Notes under the pieces: model-generated
Database searches by the model: none
Told to the model about the DNA's origin: nothing
The model's input: the letters and a program-made list of their open reading frames with translations, nothing else
DNA from: Scyliorhinus canicula
Lineage: Eukaryota
NCBI RefSeq assembly: GCF_902713615.1
Contig: NC_052166.1
Coordinates: 1,922,001 to 1,986,000 of the forward strand
Length of the DNA: 64,000 nucleotides
Direction of reading: 5' to 3'
In this document: in pieces, positions 1 through 12,651 of the stretch
Layout of the letters: each line of letters opens with the position of its first letter
Numbering within the stretch: the first letter of the stretch is position 1
Program-made: the position numbers and the translations under genes

Positions 1-525
1 TAGTAAAACAGGGACAGAAGCAAAAGGAAGTAAGGGGGAAAGTGCAAGACAGAGAAGATGTAGTCAAAAATCAAAAAGGGCGACAGTACAAGGTACAGTG
101 CCTGAGGGAGCTACAGTGAATAGGCCCAGTAATACTAAAAGGAATAAAACTGAGATGTTAGATTCAAAACAGAGATAAAAAAACCAACATAAGTGTACTT
201 TACCTGAATGCTCGTAGTATTCGGAATAAAGTAAATGAGTTGATGGCGCAAATAATCGCGAATGACTGATTTAGTGGCCATTACCAAAAATGGTTAAAGG
301 GTGATCATGGAGTTAAATAGCCGATGGTATCAAACTATTCGGAAGGACAGAGTGGATGGTAAGGGATGTGGTGTAGCTCTGTTATTTAAGGATAACATCC
401 GGGCAATAGTAAGGGATGACATCGGTGCTATGGAGGATAAGGTTGAATCCTTTGGTGGAAATCAGGAATAGTAAGGCGAAAAAGTCACTGATAGGAGCAG
501 TCCTATCGGCCACCAAATAGTTAAC
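1..525 (+). mobile_element. CR1 LINE copy A, left part (ORF2 APE endonuclease N-terminus), split by the ERV
   Basis: Encodes LYLNARSIRNKVNELMAQ...RPPN; the reading continues at 13945 (SNVMVGQAINKEI). Confidence 0.85.
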
Positions 526-1715
526 TGAACGATCTTAGGATTTGAAGTTATTCAATTCAGGGTTACCGGTCGTTCTTGTACATTGCTGAAACTCAGTAGA
601 AATTCAAGTTAAAAACTTGTCAGGTGCAAATAAGAATTGTTTATTTGGAGTTCATTGGTTACAACTTGAAAATAATTTAAAAGGCTTTTTGTAGACAATT
701 TGATTTTTTCAAAGAATCACAGGAATTATCTTCTGAGACAACAGCTTGAACACAACTTTAAAAGTCAATGTCTGAAGTCAAAGTCTGAAAATGAAATATG
801 AATACAGAACTTTTTTCTAACTCTCTTCCTTCCTATCCTTTTCTGTCTACCTTCCTATCCTCTCTCAACTCTTTCTTTCTATCTCTCTGAACTCTTTCTT
901 TCTATCTCTCTGAACTCTTTCTTTCTATCTCTCAACTCTTTCTTTCTATCTCTCAAAATGGTGGCCAAATCGTCCATGGATATACTAATTCCTATCTGTC
1001 TTAAACGATCCGATCACATCCCAATATCGTCCTAATTGGTTTGAGTTAGACTCAAACACATTTGATTTGATAGAAAGCTGTCCATCTTCACTATGTAACA
1101 TTACTTCCAATTGTTGCCTGCTTGCTTATTTTTGCATGTTAAGAATGCGATATTGTGCTTTATCAAAACCAGCAAAAACTGGTCTAATGCTGACCTACCT
1201 ATTGCCACAATAGAGACCTCATGCTGACCTCACTACTGCACAATGGAGACCTTATGTTATCTCGTCATGTCACGCTGGGCATAACTCCGAAAATATAATT
1301 CTAACTGTCTATTTCAATTCAGTCTTTTATAAAATCGTTATAATGAGAATGTTGGAATCAAATATATATATTATATTTGATTCGATGTTTTAATTGTCCA
1401 TTTATTAAAAATAAGGCAACACAGTTTCAAGATATGTTTTAGCTTGTATAACTCATGGGATATGATTCACCTAATCTCGAGCGGTGTGAGAACCGTAGAA
1501 TCCTTCATTCCTACCCGTCGTTGCCATGGATTCAGCCCTTGTCCTTGGAGAAATGTAATGACCTTATCAGACTTCTGTGTTACTTTCAAAATCATGACCA
1601 TGAGATTTTGCAAAATATATGTTCTCTTTAATTTTAAAACTGGGAATTAATATTTATGCTTTAAGCAGCTATCTTTTTACCTATATTAAGTGTATTAGAA
1701 ATACCTGGCTCTACA
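526..1715 (-). repeat. ERV 3' LTR (~1190 bp)
   Basis: Direct repeat of 12652-13944; begins tgaacgatcttagg and ends ctctaca. Confidence 0.95.
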
Positions 1716-2065
1716 GTTGGCCCTTTGATAAATCGAAAGATCAAGTGAGATATATCAGAATAAGATAAAAGACATCATTACAGCGATAGGATAGGTAAAA
1801 GCGCAAAGAATACTCATTCATATTGTCATTGCAGATTTAAACAATAGAATGGACACTTAGCATTGCAACAACTATTTCAACAATAATCATTAAAATTCTT
1901 AAAGAATCATTATTACAAAATAACAATTAATAAATTAGTCAAATTTGATATTACAGATTCAGTATTAATAGATTATACAATAATTGATAATATTACGGTT
2001 AACATTTCAACAAAAGTATTTCACCTCAAATTCATCAATTGGGTGTGCAGTAGGGTTAGTGTGAA

Positions 2066-3361
2066 TCATTCTGACAGTTGGGTCCCCCTGTGTTTAGCGA
2101 ATAGTTCTTTGATGCACGTAGCACATTGGTATGTTATATAAATGATGAATCCAGCTACATAGGAGAATAGGATTATTCTCATTATGGACATTCCAGTGTG
2201 TCCAAATCACCCGCAATTTCTATCCCAGAGAGAGAAAACTGGGGTGGATCAAGTTTTTGATTTCTTTTTGGATATGTAATACCAAATCTTTAACTTCTTC
2301 AGAGTTATCGGGAATAAAAGTGCAACATTCTGCACCAATCAGGGCGCACGTGCCACCTTTTTCGGCTGGCACATAGTCGAGTGCCATTCGATTTTGTAAT
2401 ACCACGGTCAAATTGCTCGCATTTCGTCAGAGATTTTATCTAGGGCAGGTGACGGTGTAATCAGCTACATTTTGTACAATGGTTGTTATTTTATTCAACT
2501 TATTCTCCATCCTTCCCAATAGAAAGGAATGATTTTAGCATAAATGGCATCTCTAAAGGTGATGGAACGTTTTTTTCTTTGAACAGTCATTTCTGAAATA
2601 TGCAGGAGATTAGTCACATGATGAATGGCAGGTACCATGTACCCTAAATAGCAAGATCCTGACCAGGATCTTGGGAGCCAGGGATATGCTTTATCATCAC
2701 AAATAAAATAAGTTCCATTATAAGCAGAATATGAGTAAATATATTCTAAGAGCCATTGGTCTTCGAATGTTTTATTATTTGAGGTTAGGTATGCCTGTTA
2801 TCCTTGAGGACCGCATAACTCTTTCTAAGCGCTCGTTTGTGCATTTAAAGCTGTGTTAACATCTACATAGTTAGTACAATTACTATTACCCATTGGTATC
2901 CCTTTAGGGTCCTTACTGATGAGGTAAATAGATCCTTTTTGTTTAATATTAGTTGGGAGGTTAAGATGTTGAGGATTTTTGTCAGGGTTAAATTGAAGTT
3001 GGTGCCATCCTGAAAAGGTGTTTAGTAGATAGCCTGCAGATTTCCATAAGTTAATAGATTTTCGGATGTCAACCTGGTACCTTCCTTTTCCACATGAATA
3101 TGCTCCAGAACGGGTCACCACAGAGCAAGGGATGCTTTGATAGATGTACCATTCTGCTGTTTCTGAAGCATTAAAGGGAATAGTTAGAAAGGGAATACCC
3201 TCCCCTGAGTTAGTAGGGGTTGCAATGCATACCCAACAATTAGAAATGTTAAAGTTTTCAGCATAAATCTTAGATGTGTAAAGGAATGTGTTTTTATTCA
3301 TTTCTGATAAAACATTCACAAAGTCAATCAAATAACTGAAAATTAAAATTGCGGCAAACAT
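2066..3361 (-). pseudogene. env: Gamma-type envelope (SU+TM), frameshifted, ~430 aa
   Basis: Signal peptide MFAAILIFSYL; SU CWVC (CxxC); AYPWLPRSWSGSCYLG; furin site RKKR/S (~2566-2578); ISD LQNRMALD; CX6CC (CALIGAECC); TM helix IILFSYVAGFIIYITY; stop at 2066-2068. Confidence 0.9.
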
Positions 3362-3362
3362 T

Positions 3363-4255
3363 TTACTTGTACGCACGCTTCACGTGCGATGCGTGAATCC
3401 AAATTTTCTTTCCTTTTAACTTTACATCGGATTGGGCGGTGAGAAGGATTACGAGAGGACCTTCCCACCGATCCCAAAGGTTCCTTTTGCAGCTTTTTGA
3501 CGTACACTTCTTCACCGGGCACCAGGTCGTGCCCACCTTCCGGAGGATCGCCCCACACAGCGAACACCTGTTGAGAAGCAGAGCTAACAGCATTTGTTAG
3601 ATTTGGCAGTAAGACAGCAAAGCATCACTCATTAAATGACAGTCTGCTTTCCGCAAGTCAATAGTTCCTGGCAGAGACATTGGTCTGCCTGTGATGATTT
3701 CAAAAGGACTCAGGCCTGTTGTTCTGTTTGGTGTTGCTCTATTACTGCATAATACTATTGGCAAAGCGTGGACCCAATTCATGCCTTCCTGGCTGTATTT
3801 AGACAGTCTTTCTTTCAAAGTTCGATTCAAACGTTCCACTTGTCCTGATGATTGTGGATGATAAGGACAGTGTAAATTCCAGTTAATGTTTAGTAGTTTA
3901 CAGACTTCCCTACAAACAGCTCCTATAAAGTGGGTTCCATTGTCTGAGTCAATGCTAGCTGGTACCCCCCTTCTGGGAATAAAGTCTTTGCATAGCACTT
4001 TGTCTGTATGGGCAGCTGTCCCTCTTCTAGCTGGAGCAGCTTCCACCCATCTGGAGAATTTATCCACTATTACAAGGATGTCATTGTACTGTTGACATTA
4101 GGAAGAGTGATGTAATCTACTTGTAAGTCCTGGAATGGACCAGCATGAGCAGGAGCTCTTAATTGAGGCATTGATGTTATAGGACCCAAGTTATTCTTTT
4201 GACAGGTTACACATCGGTTGCTACCAATTGTGCATGTTTTTGAATCCTTTACCAC
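3363..4255 (-). pseudogene. pol: Retroviral integrase (frameshifted)
   Basis: CVTCQKNN zinc finger, DLQVDYI, DKFSRWVEA, SIDSDNGTHF, PQSSGQVERLN, C-terminal WEGP...WIHASHVK. Confidence 0.92.
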
Positions 4256-4279
4256 ACCAACTTCTATGGAATCAATCCA

Positions 4280-5247
4280 TCATTTGTTGAGGTGATATTG
4301 TCCCCAGGAAGGAATTTGTTGAGCTAAGAAGGGCATTAGTGATTGTGGTGCAACTGGTTTACAAGTTTGAACTGCTCTCCAAATTTCATCATCATACGGT
4401 TGAATACCTGATTCTAACCATGTCCATTTTTCTTCCTTTGTACAATCATTCTGCATTTCACGTAAATCATGTAATAAGGTGGTTACTCCCAATTTGTAAA
4501 TGTGACTGGATTCCTGATGCCACTGAGAGGCACAAAGGGAGGCAGCTTCCCTTGCTGCTTGGTCCGCAAGAGCATTTCCTCTTGCTTCCATAGTGTCCTC
4601 ATGAGTATGGGCTTTACATTTTAGAACTGATACTTCTTTGGGCAAGGTCATAGCTTCTAGAAGATCTTGTACTTCCTTTCCATTTCGGATAGGTGTACCT
4701 GCTGTTGTGAGAAATCCTCTTTTCTCCACAGATGGCCAAAATCATGTGCTATTCCAAAACCATATCTGGAGTCAGTATAGATGTTAGCAGTTTTATCTCT
4801 TGCCACATGACATGCTTCTGTTAGTGCCTTTAATTCGGCCTGCTGAGCTGATGTAGCTGGGGGCAAACTTCCTTCAGCTAATACTTCGTATGGGCTTCTG
4901 ACTGCCCACCCAGCTTTCCTGATACCCTTGTCAATAAAAGAGGAACCATCAGTGAATAAGATTAAATCTGGGTTCTGTAATGTAGTGGCTCTTCTTCTAC
5001 TAAGCGTACTTCTTCCATTTCCTCTATTATTTTCACACAGTCATACCCTTCTCTCTCTCCCTCCTCTTGTTCCTCGGGAAGCGGGAGCAAAGATGATGGG
5101 TTTACAGGACTGGCTTTGTGAAAATATAGGTTGGGAGCTTCCAAAACTGCTGTCCATCTAGTCCATCTAGCTGATGTAACTGTGACACTCTGTTCATAGA
5201 TAGTAGAGAATGGACTGAATGTGGACATTTAATGATTAACTTTTGGT
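4280..5247 (-). pseudogene. pol: RT connection/tether and RNase H (frameshifted)
   Basis: SAQQAELKAL, NIYTDSRY, ERGFLT, KCKAHT, RGNALADQAA. Confidence 0.9.
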
Positions 5248-5248
5248 C

Positions 5249-6703
5249 TAGAACATAGAACATTACAGCGCAGTATGGGCCCTTCGGCCCTCGATGTTGC
5301 GCCGACCTGTGAAACCATCTGAAGCCTATCTGACCTACACTATTCCATTTCATCCATATGTCTATCCAGTGACCACTTAAATGCCCTTAAAGTTGGCGCG
5401 TCTACTACTGTTACAGGCAGGACGTTCCACACCCCTACTACTCTCTGAGTAAAGAAACTGCCTCTGACATCTGTCCTATATCTACCACCCCTCAATTTAA
5501 AGCTATGTCCCCTCGTGTTGGTCATCACCATCCGAGGAAAGAGACTCTCACTGTCCACCCTATCTAACCCTCTGACTATCTTATATGTCTCTATTAAGTC
5601 ACCTCTCAGTCTTCTCCTCTCTAACGAAAACAACTTCAAGACCCTGAGCCTTTCCTCATAAGACCTTCCCTCCATACCAGGCAACATCCTAGTAAATCTC
5701 CTCTGAACTCTTTCCAAAGCTTCCACATCCTTCCTATAATGTGATGAACAGAACTGCACGCGGTACTCCAGGAGCGGCCGCACCAGAGTTATGTACAGCT
5801 GCAGCATGACCTTGTGGTTCCAAAACTCAATCCCCCTACTGATAAAGGCTAGCACACCATATGCCTTCTTAACAGCCCTATTAACCTGGGTGGCAACTTT
5901 CAGGGATTTATGTACCTGGATGCCGAGATCGCTCTGTTCATCTACACTACCAAGAATCTTGCCATTAGCCCAGTACTCTGCATTCCTGTTACTCCTTCCA
6001 AAGTGAACCACCTCACACTTTTCCGCATTAAACTCCATCTGCCACCTCTCAGCCCAGCTCTGCAGCTTATCTATGTCCCTCTGTATCCTATAACATCCTT
6101 CAGCACTATCCACAACTCCACCGACCTTCGTGTCATCTGCAAATTTACTAACCCATCCTTCTACACCCTCTTCCAGGTCATTTATAAAAATGACAAACAG
6201 CAGTGGCCCCAAAAACAGATCCTTGCGGTACACCACTAGTAACTGAACTCCAGGATGAACATTTGCCATCAACCACCACCCTCTGTCTTCTTTCAGCTAG
6301 CCATTACTGATCCAACCGCTAAATCACCTTCAATCCCATACTTCCTTATTTTCTGCAATAGCCTACCGTGGGGAACCTTATCAAACGCCTTACTGAAATC
6401 CATATACACCACATCAACTGCTTTACCCTCATCCACCTCTTTGGTCACCTTCTCAAAAACTCAATAAGGTTTGTGAGGCATGACCTACCCTTCACAAAAC
6501 CGTGTTGACTATCGCTAATCAACTTGTTCTTTTCAAGATGATTATAAACCCTATCTCTTATAACCTTTTCCAACGTTTTACCCACAACTGAAGTAAGGCT
6601 CACAGGTCTATAATTACCAGGGTTGTCTCTACTCCCCTTCTTGAACAAGGGGACAACATTTGCTATCCTCCAGTCTTCCGGCACTATTCCTGTCGACAAA
6701 GAC
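5249..6703 (-). mobile_element. 5'-truncated CR1 LINE inserted in ERV pol
   Basis: RT ORF 5340-6272 with SKFADDTK; 3' tail (GTTCTAT)n; same subfamily as the CR1 at 29679-39488. Confidence 0.92.
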
Positions 6704-8050
6704 CAGATTACCATTACAGCTCGACATGTAGCTTCATGGCTCGTAAACAACTGCCAAAGGCCAGTGCCACATTGTCAAGTTTAAGAGAATAGTACCAACT
6801 TGTCTTAACTGATCACCATGTCTTGAGCTAGTACTGCAGTCATGTAACCATCTCTTTCATGAACAACATGGTAAAAGGTTTTCCGTTGTTTGGAATACCT
6901 AAGGCTGGCGCTGAACACAGGACCTTTTTCAAATTCAGAATGATTGTTTCTGTTCAGAATTGAGTTTAATTTCATAGAATTTACAGTGCAGAAGGAGGCC
7001 ATTCAGCCCATCGAGTCCACCGGCTCTTGGAAAGAGGACCCTACCCAAGGTCAACAACTCCACCCTATCCCCATAACCCAGTAACCCCATAACCCAGTAA
7101 CCCACACCCAACACTAAGGGCAATTTTGGACACTAAGGGCAATTTTTCATTGTCCAATCCACCTAACCTGCACATCTTTGGACTGTGGGTGGAAACCGGA
7201 GCACCCGGAGGAAACCCACGCACACACGGGGAGGATGTGCAGACTCCGCACAGACAGTGACCAAGCCGGAATCGAACCTGGGACCCTGGAGCTGTAAAGC
7301 GATTGTGCTATCCACAATGCTACCGTGATCTCTTGATTTTCTGTTTCTTTTAAAAGATCATTCAATGGCTGGCATAACTGAGTATAAGAATCAATCCAAT
7401 TTCTGTTAAAATTAGAGTCCCAAGAAAGATCTGACTTCCTGTACAGTTGAGGGTTCTTTAGCTGCTTTGAGTAAGTTCCCTTTTGCCTTTGGAAATTTTC
7501 TGTCCCGAGTAAACAACTTCTTCCTGGGTAATTTGTGCTTTGGCAAAGCTAGCTTTGTGCCATTAGTACTGAGGTGGTTCAAGACCACCCGTAAGTCCTT
7601 TTCATGGTCATCTTTATTGATGGAGGCTAACAGAACATCATCTACATACTGAATACTGGTTGAAGGCAGATCAGGCAGTTGCCTGATGTGATTCTGCAGA
7701 GCCATGTGGTAAACAGCTGGGCTATTGTGAAAACCTTGCGGTAGTCTATTCCATGTGTACTGTTGCTGATTAACTGTAAAAGCAAACCATGGTTGTACTT
7801 GTTTAGCTAATGGTACTGACCAGAAGCCATTTGCCATATCAATGACTGAAAAACCATTGAAGGTCAGGGGTTAAAGAGTTAAAAATTGTAGACGGATCTG
7901 CCATTAAAGGAGCTTTTCTGACAATTAATTGATTTGCCTTTCTGTAGTCAATAGTAAGGCGCCATGTACCATTAGCCTTTTTCACAGGCCATACAGGGCT
8001 GTTGATGAACTGTGAATACGCACTAAATATCCCTTTCTTCAAGTTGTTTA
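6704..8050 (-). pseudogene. pol: Retroviral reverse transcriptase (frameshifted, interrupted by a SINE)
   Basis: NSPVWPVKK, WRLTIDYRK, VIDMANGFWSVP, LPQGFHNSP, QYVDD, RSFLGL, YYSLKLDNVA...CLRA. Confidence 0.93.
6972..7328 (-). mobile_element. HE1/V-SINE-like tRNA-derived SINE in ERV pol
   Basis: tRNA-like head with B box GGTTCGATTCC, V-domain core GTGCGTGGGTTTCCTCCGGGTGCTCCGG, CR1-like tail. Confidence 0.9.
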
Positions 8051-8141
8051 TTATAGGTAGAATACCTTGAATTGACGTTTGCTAATGGGTATTGTTTGGT
8101 ACAAGGTGGAGCTGATCCCATGAAAGTAACTGGTTCCATTT

Positions 8142-8662
8142 TCAAAAGACCACAATCATTTTTGTCAATTGCCCATATTGGATGATGTTGTATTTCATCT
8201 TTTTTATGTGTCTAATGGACCAGGTAATTTTCCCATTATTGAAGTTGAGTGAAGAATTTAGTTGTGATAAGATGTCCATACCTAGAAGTGCTTGTGTTAC
8301 CAGACCTACCCATATTGACGCTATCAGTTGATGTGGTCCAAATTCTAAGAGCAGTGGTTTAGGTCTTCCGAAGAGGGGCAGAGTCTCCTCCTGCAGAAAA
8401 AGCTTCAATTTTCTCTGGTTAGGGGAAAGAAAGCAGCATTCTGTTCAGTAACACAGGTATGTTCAGCTCCAGTATCAAATAAAAAATCGATATGAATACC
8501 TCCCACTCTTAATGAAATATATAATCCATAATTTTTCTGCTGCAAAAGTGCATGTAGAGAGAAATGGAGAGAATCATCAAGAGTGGGGTCTAGTAGTTTT
8601 TTTGAATGATCATACAGAGAACGTCTTTGAGCTGGAGGACAGCTGTTTAACATTTCATTCAT
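8142..8662 (-). pseudogene. pro: Retroviral aspartic protease
   Basis: FLFDTGAEHTCV active site, followed by a LLGMDILSQL-type motif. Confidence 0.88.
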
Positions 8663-8687
8663 AGCATTGTTATCATCGTGTAGATTC

Positions 8688-8841
8688 CTACGTGGGTACG
8701 GTTCGTCCTCACGGGGTAAGATTCCTCCCTACATGGGTAAGATTCTGCCCTATGTGGGTAAGGTTCCTCCCTACATGGGTACGATTCTTCCCTACGTGGG
8801 TAAGGTTCCTCCCTACATGGATAAGGCTCCTCCCTACATGG
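8688..8841 (-). repeat. 21-bp coding tandem repeat (~7 copies, CREE(P/S)YP) at the Gag C-terminus
   Basis: gggtaag-type unit recurs at 8714, 8735, 8756, 8777, 8798 and 8819. Confidence 0.9.
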
Positions 8842-10063
8842 AAATGGCTGGGAGGTTTTAGAATCCCTGTACGTAAATCTGGGTCTGTCTTGTTGGAACG
8901 TAACCCTAGGTGCATCTTGTTTGTGCGCACTACGTGGTTGACCATGAGGTGGAAATGTATTGTAGTGAACATTGTCTACTTCATTATCATCTCTCGAATC
9001 CATCCGTGGTTTAAGATAGCATTTCGCCATCCAGTGTCCTATTTTATTGCAGAAAAGATATTGTGGTATTTTTTCCTTACGTGATTTTAATGGAGCCAGG
9101 GTACATGTTTGCCCTGAATCTTGTGGTGGTGTTTTAGTCACTGCTGATGAGCTTGTCTGATTGTGCGAACCACAATCTATCTGAATGCACCAGTCAACTA
9201 TGTCTCGGTATGTGCCAATTTTGGCCCAAGATGGTAAAACCAAATTCAAGGCATCAGAAACTTCAGGTTTAACACCGGCTACAAAAACCGTTTTTAAAGT
9301 GCTTGCATCCCATGTGTCAGTTTCCTCTGCGAGTGTCATTCCCGAATATTCATCCAAGTCTGTAAAAATCTTTCCTCAATATCCTGAATATCTTCATTAC
9401 TTTTTGAATGCAAGATGTGATCTTAGACCAATCGGTCCTCGGGGGGGCGAAATGTTAATAGCCAATCCCTGATTGCTAGCCAACCATCTTCTAAATTTTG
9501 CAAATCGTCTTCAAGGGCAAATTCCACCTCAGTTCTAAGGGTGAAATTACACGAGTACCTAGCATGATAGTCAGAACTTGTACTCCATCAAATGGGTGGA
9601 GACTGTAAATGGATTTTAATCTGTGAATTCCATCCCATGTGGACATACCACCCTTTTTAGGGTGTGGAAGATTTTGGACCATTCGTCAATTTTTGCAGGC
9701 TCTGCTGGTTCATGAGTCCATTGATGATCAAATATGTTTCTAGTGATAGTTTCACCTTCTTCCTCTTTTTTGCTTCCAACTCTAACCCGTTTGCGTTTTA
9801 AAAGGGGCTAGTTGAATTAATTTAGTATTACGCTTTGTAGGAACACTATCTTCGTCTGATTCATTTGGCAGAGGAATTAATTTATTCTTGACACTTGATC
9901 TCGGCTGTGCATTTGCCGATTGTGCCACTAGGTGGGGTGCGTGGGCTTCTTGTTGAGTTTGTGTTACTTCAGCTGCTGTTTGAATCTGAGCTGTGCTTTG
10001 CTTCAAACAGTCTTTTAGGATCGCAGTTTTCAGTGGCATTGTTTATATCTTTTTCTAAAACAT

Positions 10064-10720
10064 GGGCGAGATTCTCCGCAAATGCGGAGAGTCGTAAGGC
10101 TGCCTTGAAACTGGCCGTGGTTCACGGCAGCCTTCACGCCCGTTCCCGGGACCCGATTGTCCCCCCCCCAATCGGGGCTAGGAGCGGGACCCCATGACCC
10201 GCGGCTGGCGTCTGTATGACGTCAGCCGCGCATGCGCAGGTTGGAGCCGGCTCCAACCCGCGCATGCGCGGGTGATGTCATAACGCCATTGTTCCGCATT
10301 TCTCCACCATCCACAAGATATGGCGGCTTGATCTTGTCGGGCGGCAGAGGGGAAATAATGCGTCCCTTTTGGACGCAGGCCCGACGATCGGTGGCACCGA
10401 TTGTGGGCCTGTCCCCTCCCGAGCACAATGGTGGTGCTTCTGCCCCAAACGGGCCTCTGGATGCCCCAAACGGGCATCCAGCGCCCGTTTTTACAACGGC
10501 AGCGGTCAGGTGTGTTTGCTGCCGTGAAAAAATGGGCGTAAAGGCCCGGCTGCTCGGCCCATCGTCTGCGGAGAATCGCCGCTCGCCGTAAAAAACGGCA
10601 AGCGCCGATTCGTGACGTGGGTCGGGCGAGGGTGGGGGAGAATAGCGGGAGGGCGTAAAAATGTCGGGAGACCCTCCCGCTATTCTCCCAACCGGCATGG
10701 GCAGCGGAGAATCGCAGCCC
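10064..10720. mobile_element. GC-rich MITE-like element with imperfect TIRs inserted in gag
   Basis: Starts gggcgagattctccgc and ends gcggagaatcgcagccc; abrupt GC shift; flanks rejoin into a gag repeat unit; no clear TSD. Confidence 0.75.
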
Positions 10721-11960
10721 ATATCTTTCTTCGATTAACTTGCAATTTTCAAATTCAATTCGCTCAGTTTTTGATTGCAACCTTTGGTATCTTGACTCCA
10801 CTTCAAAAATTTGATTTTGTAATTCTGCTATTTGAATAGATAACTTCTGGAGTTTAGAGGTTTTGTTTTGCAATTCTGTTCCCATTTTGTCATAATGTTC
10901 AAGTTTAGATTCTGCATCTTGCAATTCTCTTTCTAAAACACATTTTTGTTCGATTAACTTGCACTTTTCAAATTCAATTCGCTCAGATTTTGATTGCAAC
11001 TTTGGTATTTTGACCTCCACTTCAAAATTTGATTTTGTAATTCTGCTATTTGAGAAGATAACTGCTGGAGTTTAGAAATTTTGTTTTGCAATTCTGTTCC
11101 AATTTCGTCATAATGTTCAAGTTTTGCCTTTGCATCTGCAATTCTCTTCTAAAACACATTTTTCTTCAATTAACTTGGAATTTTCAAGTTCAGTTTGATC
11201 AGTTTTAATTGCAAACTGTTGGTATTTTGACTCTACTTCAAAAATTTGATTTGGAACTCTATTTGAAAAGATAACTGCTGGAGTTTAGAAGTTTTGTTTG
11301 CAATTCTGTTCTAAGTTCATCGTCCTGTTCAAATTTGGATTTTACATCTCGCAATTCTCTTTCTAAAACGCATTTTTCTTCATTAACTTGGAATTTTCAA
11401 GTTCAATTTGCTCAGTTTTTGATTGCAGCTGTTGGTATTTTGATTCCACTTCAAAAATTTGATTTTGGAATTCTGCTATTGAACAGATAACTGTTGGAAT
11501 TTGGCATCATCCTGTTCAAATCTGAATTTTGCATCTTGCAATTCTTTTCTAAAACACATCTTTCATCAATTAACTTGGAATTTCAAATTCAGTTCGCTCA
11601 GTCTTTAATTGCAACTGTTTGTATTCTAACTCCACTTCAGAAATTTGATTTTGGACTTCTGCTATTTGAACACATAACTGTTGGAGTTCAGCATCATCAT
11701 GTTCAAATTTGAATTTTGCATCTTGTAATTCTCTTTCTAAAACACATTTTCCTTTGATTAACTTGCAATTTTCATGTTCAATTTGCTCAGTTTTTAATTG
11801 CAACTGTTGGTATTTTAACTCCACTTCATAAATTTGATTTTGGACTTCTGCTATTTGAATAGGCAACTGCTGGAGTTCAGAGATTTTGTTTTCCAAATCA
11901 GTTCTAATTTCATCGTCAGATTCAAGTTTGGATTTTGCATCTTGCAATTCTTCAACAACT
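10721..11960 (-). repeat. ~6 tandem 186-219 bp units encoding 62-73 aa coiled-coil repeats in Gag
   Basis: Unit anchors near 10751, 10970, 11186, 11399, 11585 and 11774; peptide ELQDAxxKLE...IQIAELQNQIxEVE...LQxKTERIEFENCKLIE. Confidence 0.9.
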
Positions 11961-12633
11961 GCAATTAGTTGGTCTTTAGTGGACCTATACTCATGATTAG
12001 TTTTATTTTTAGTAATTATCTCTTGCTGTCTGCGTAATTGTCCAATAATTGCCAGGGACCATTTAACACGTTCTGCACTGTGCAATCGTGTGCATTTTCC
12101 CCATGCTCTTGATATTATCAAAGGACCACTGTCCTCTGGGGATATTATACTTTGATTCAATTTTTCTTGAGGTTTCACATAGGTCAAATTGTTTACGAAA
12201 TAAAGACCCAAAATCCCCCAACATATCTTCAACGGAAACATCTGGTATCCCAGATCCTCCTTTTATCGTCATAGGGAGTAATTTTCTGCCTTCTAAAGGG
12301 TCTAAATCTATACTTTCATCTGGATCAGCCATAAATTCAACCTTTCACTTAACTTTTTGTGTGTAGGCTGTGTTAGTCTCAACAACCGGCACCTGATTGA
12401 TTTAATACCGTCTATAAAATGTCCTTTTCAGGGGTCAAAGCACTGATTGATGCGACTTTAAGACTTTTAATGGGTGAAAGAGATATTTCTTACCCCAGTC
12501 TAGCCGTGGGTTCCGACTGTCTTCTGGGTCTCCTCCGATTATTCCCGAAGCTTCCGTCGTTGCCTGGTCCTCCTCCGATTTCTCACGAAGTTTTCCGAAC
12601 CTCTCCGAAGGTCGTATCAGAACTCCTCCCCCG

Positions 12634-12648
12634 CTGCCGACTACGCCA
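12634..12648 (-). promoter_or_regulatory. Primer-binding site, tRNA-Ser
   Basis: Minus strand TGGCGTAGTCGGCAG, 3 nt after the 5' LTR, complementary to the 3' end of vertebrate tRNA-Ser (…CTGCCGACTACG-CCA). Confidence 0.9.
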
Positions 12649-12651
12649 AGT

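Larger units (their letters stand above)
8659..12332 (-). pseudogene. gag: Very long Gag (N-terminus MADPDES; coiled-coil repeats; CA-like region; one Cys-His box), frameshifted and MITE-interrupted
   Basis: First ATG after the PBS/leader at 12332; ORF fragments 12063-12332, 11570-12241, 10178-11020, 9782-10039, 9491-9682, 8659-9357; (Y)LFCNKIGHWMAKC knuckle. Confidence 0.75.

Noticed and set aside
1716-2065. Foamy-like accessory genes between env and the 3' LTR
   Set aside because: The region is only ~350 bp, AT-rich, and has no convincing ORF. The PPT is also weak (aaagggccaac), probably from decay.
10178-11020. 280-aa ORF as a novel gene
   Set aside because: It is a chance fusion of gag coiled-coil repeats with MITE sequence.
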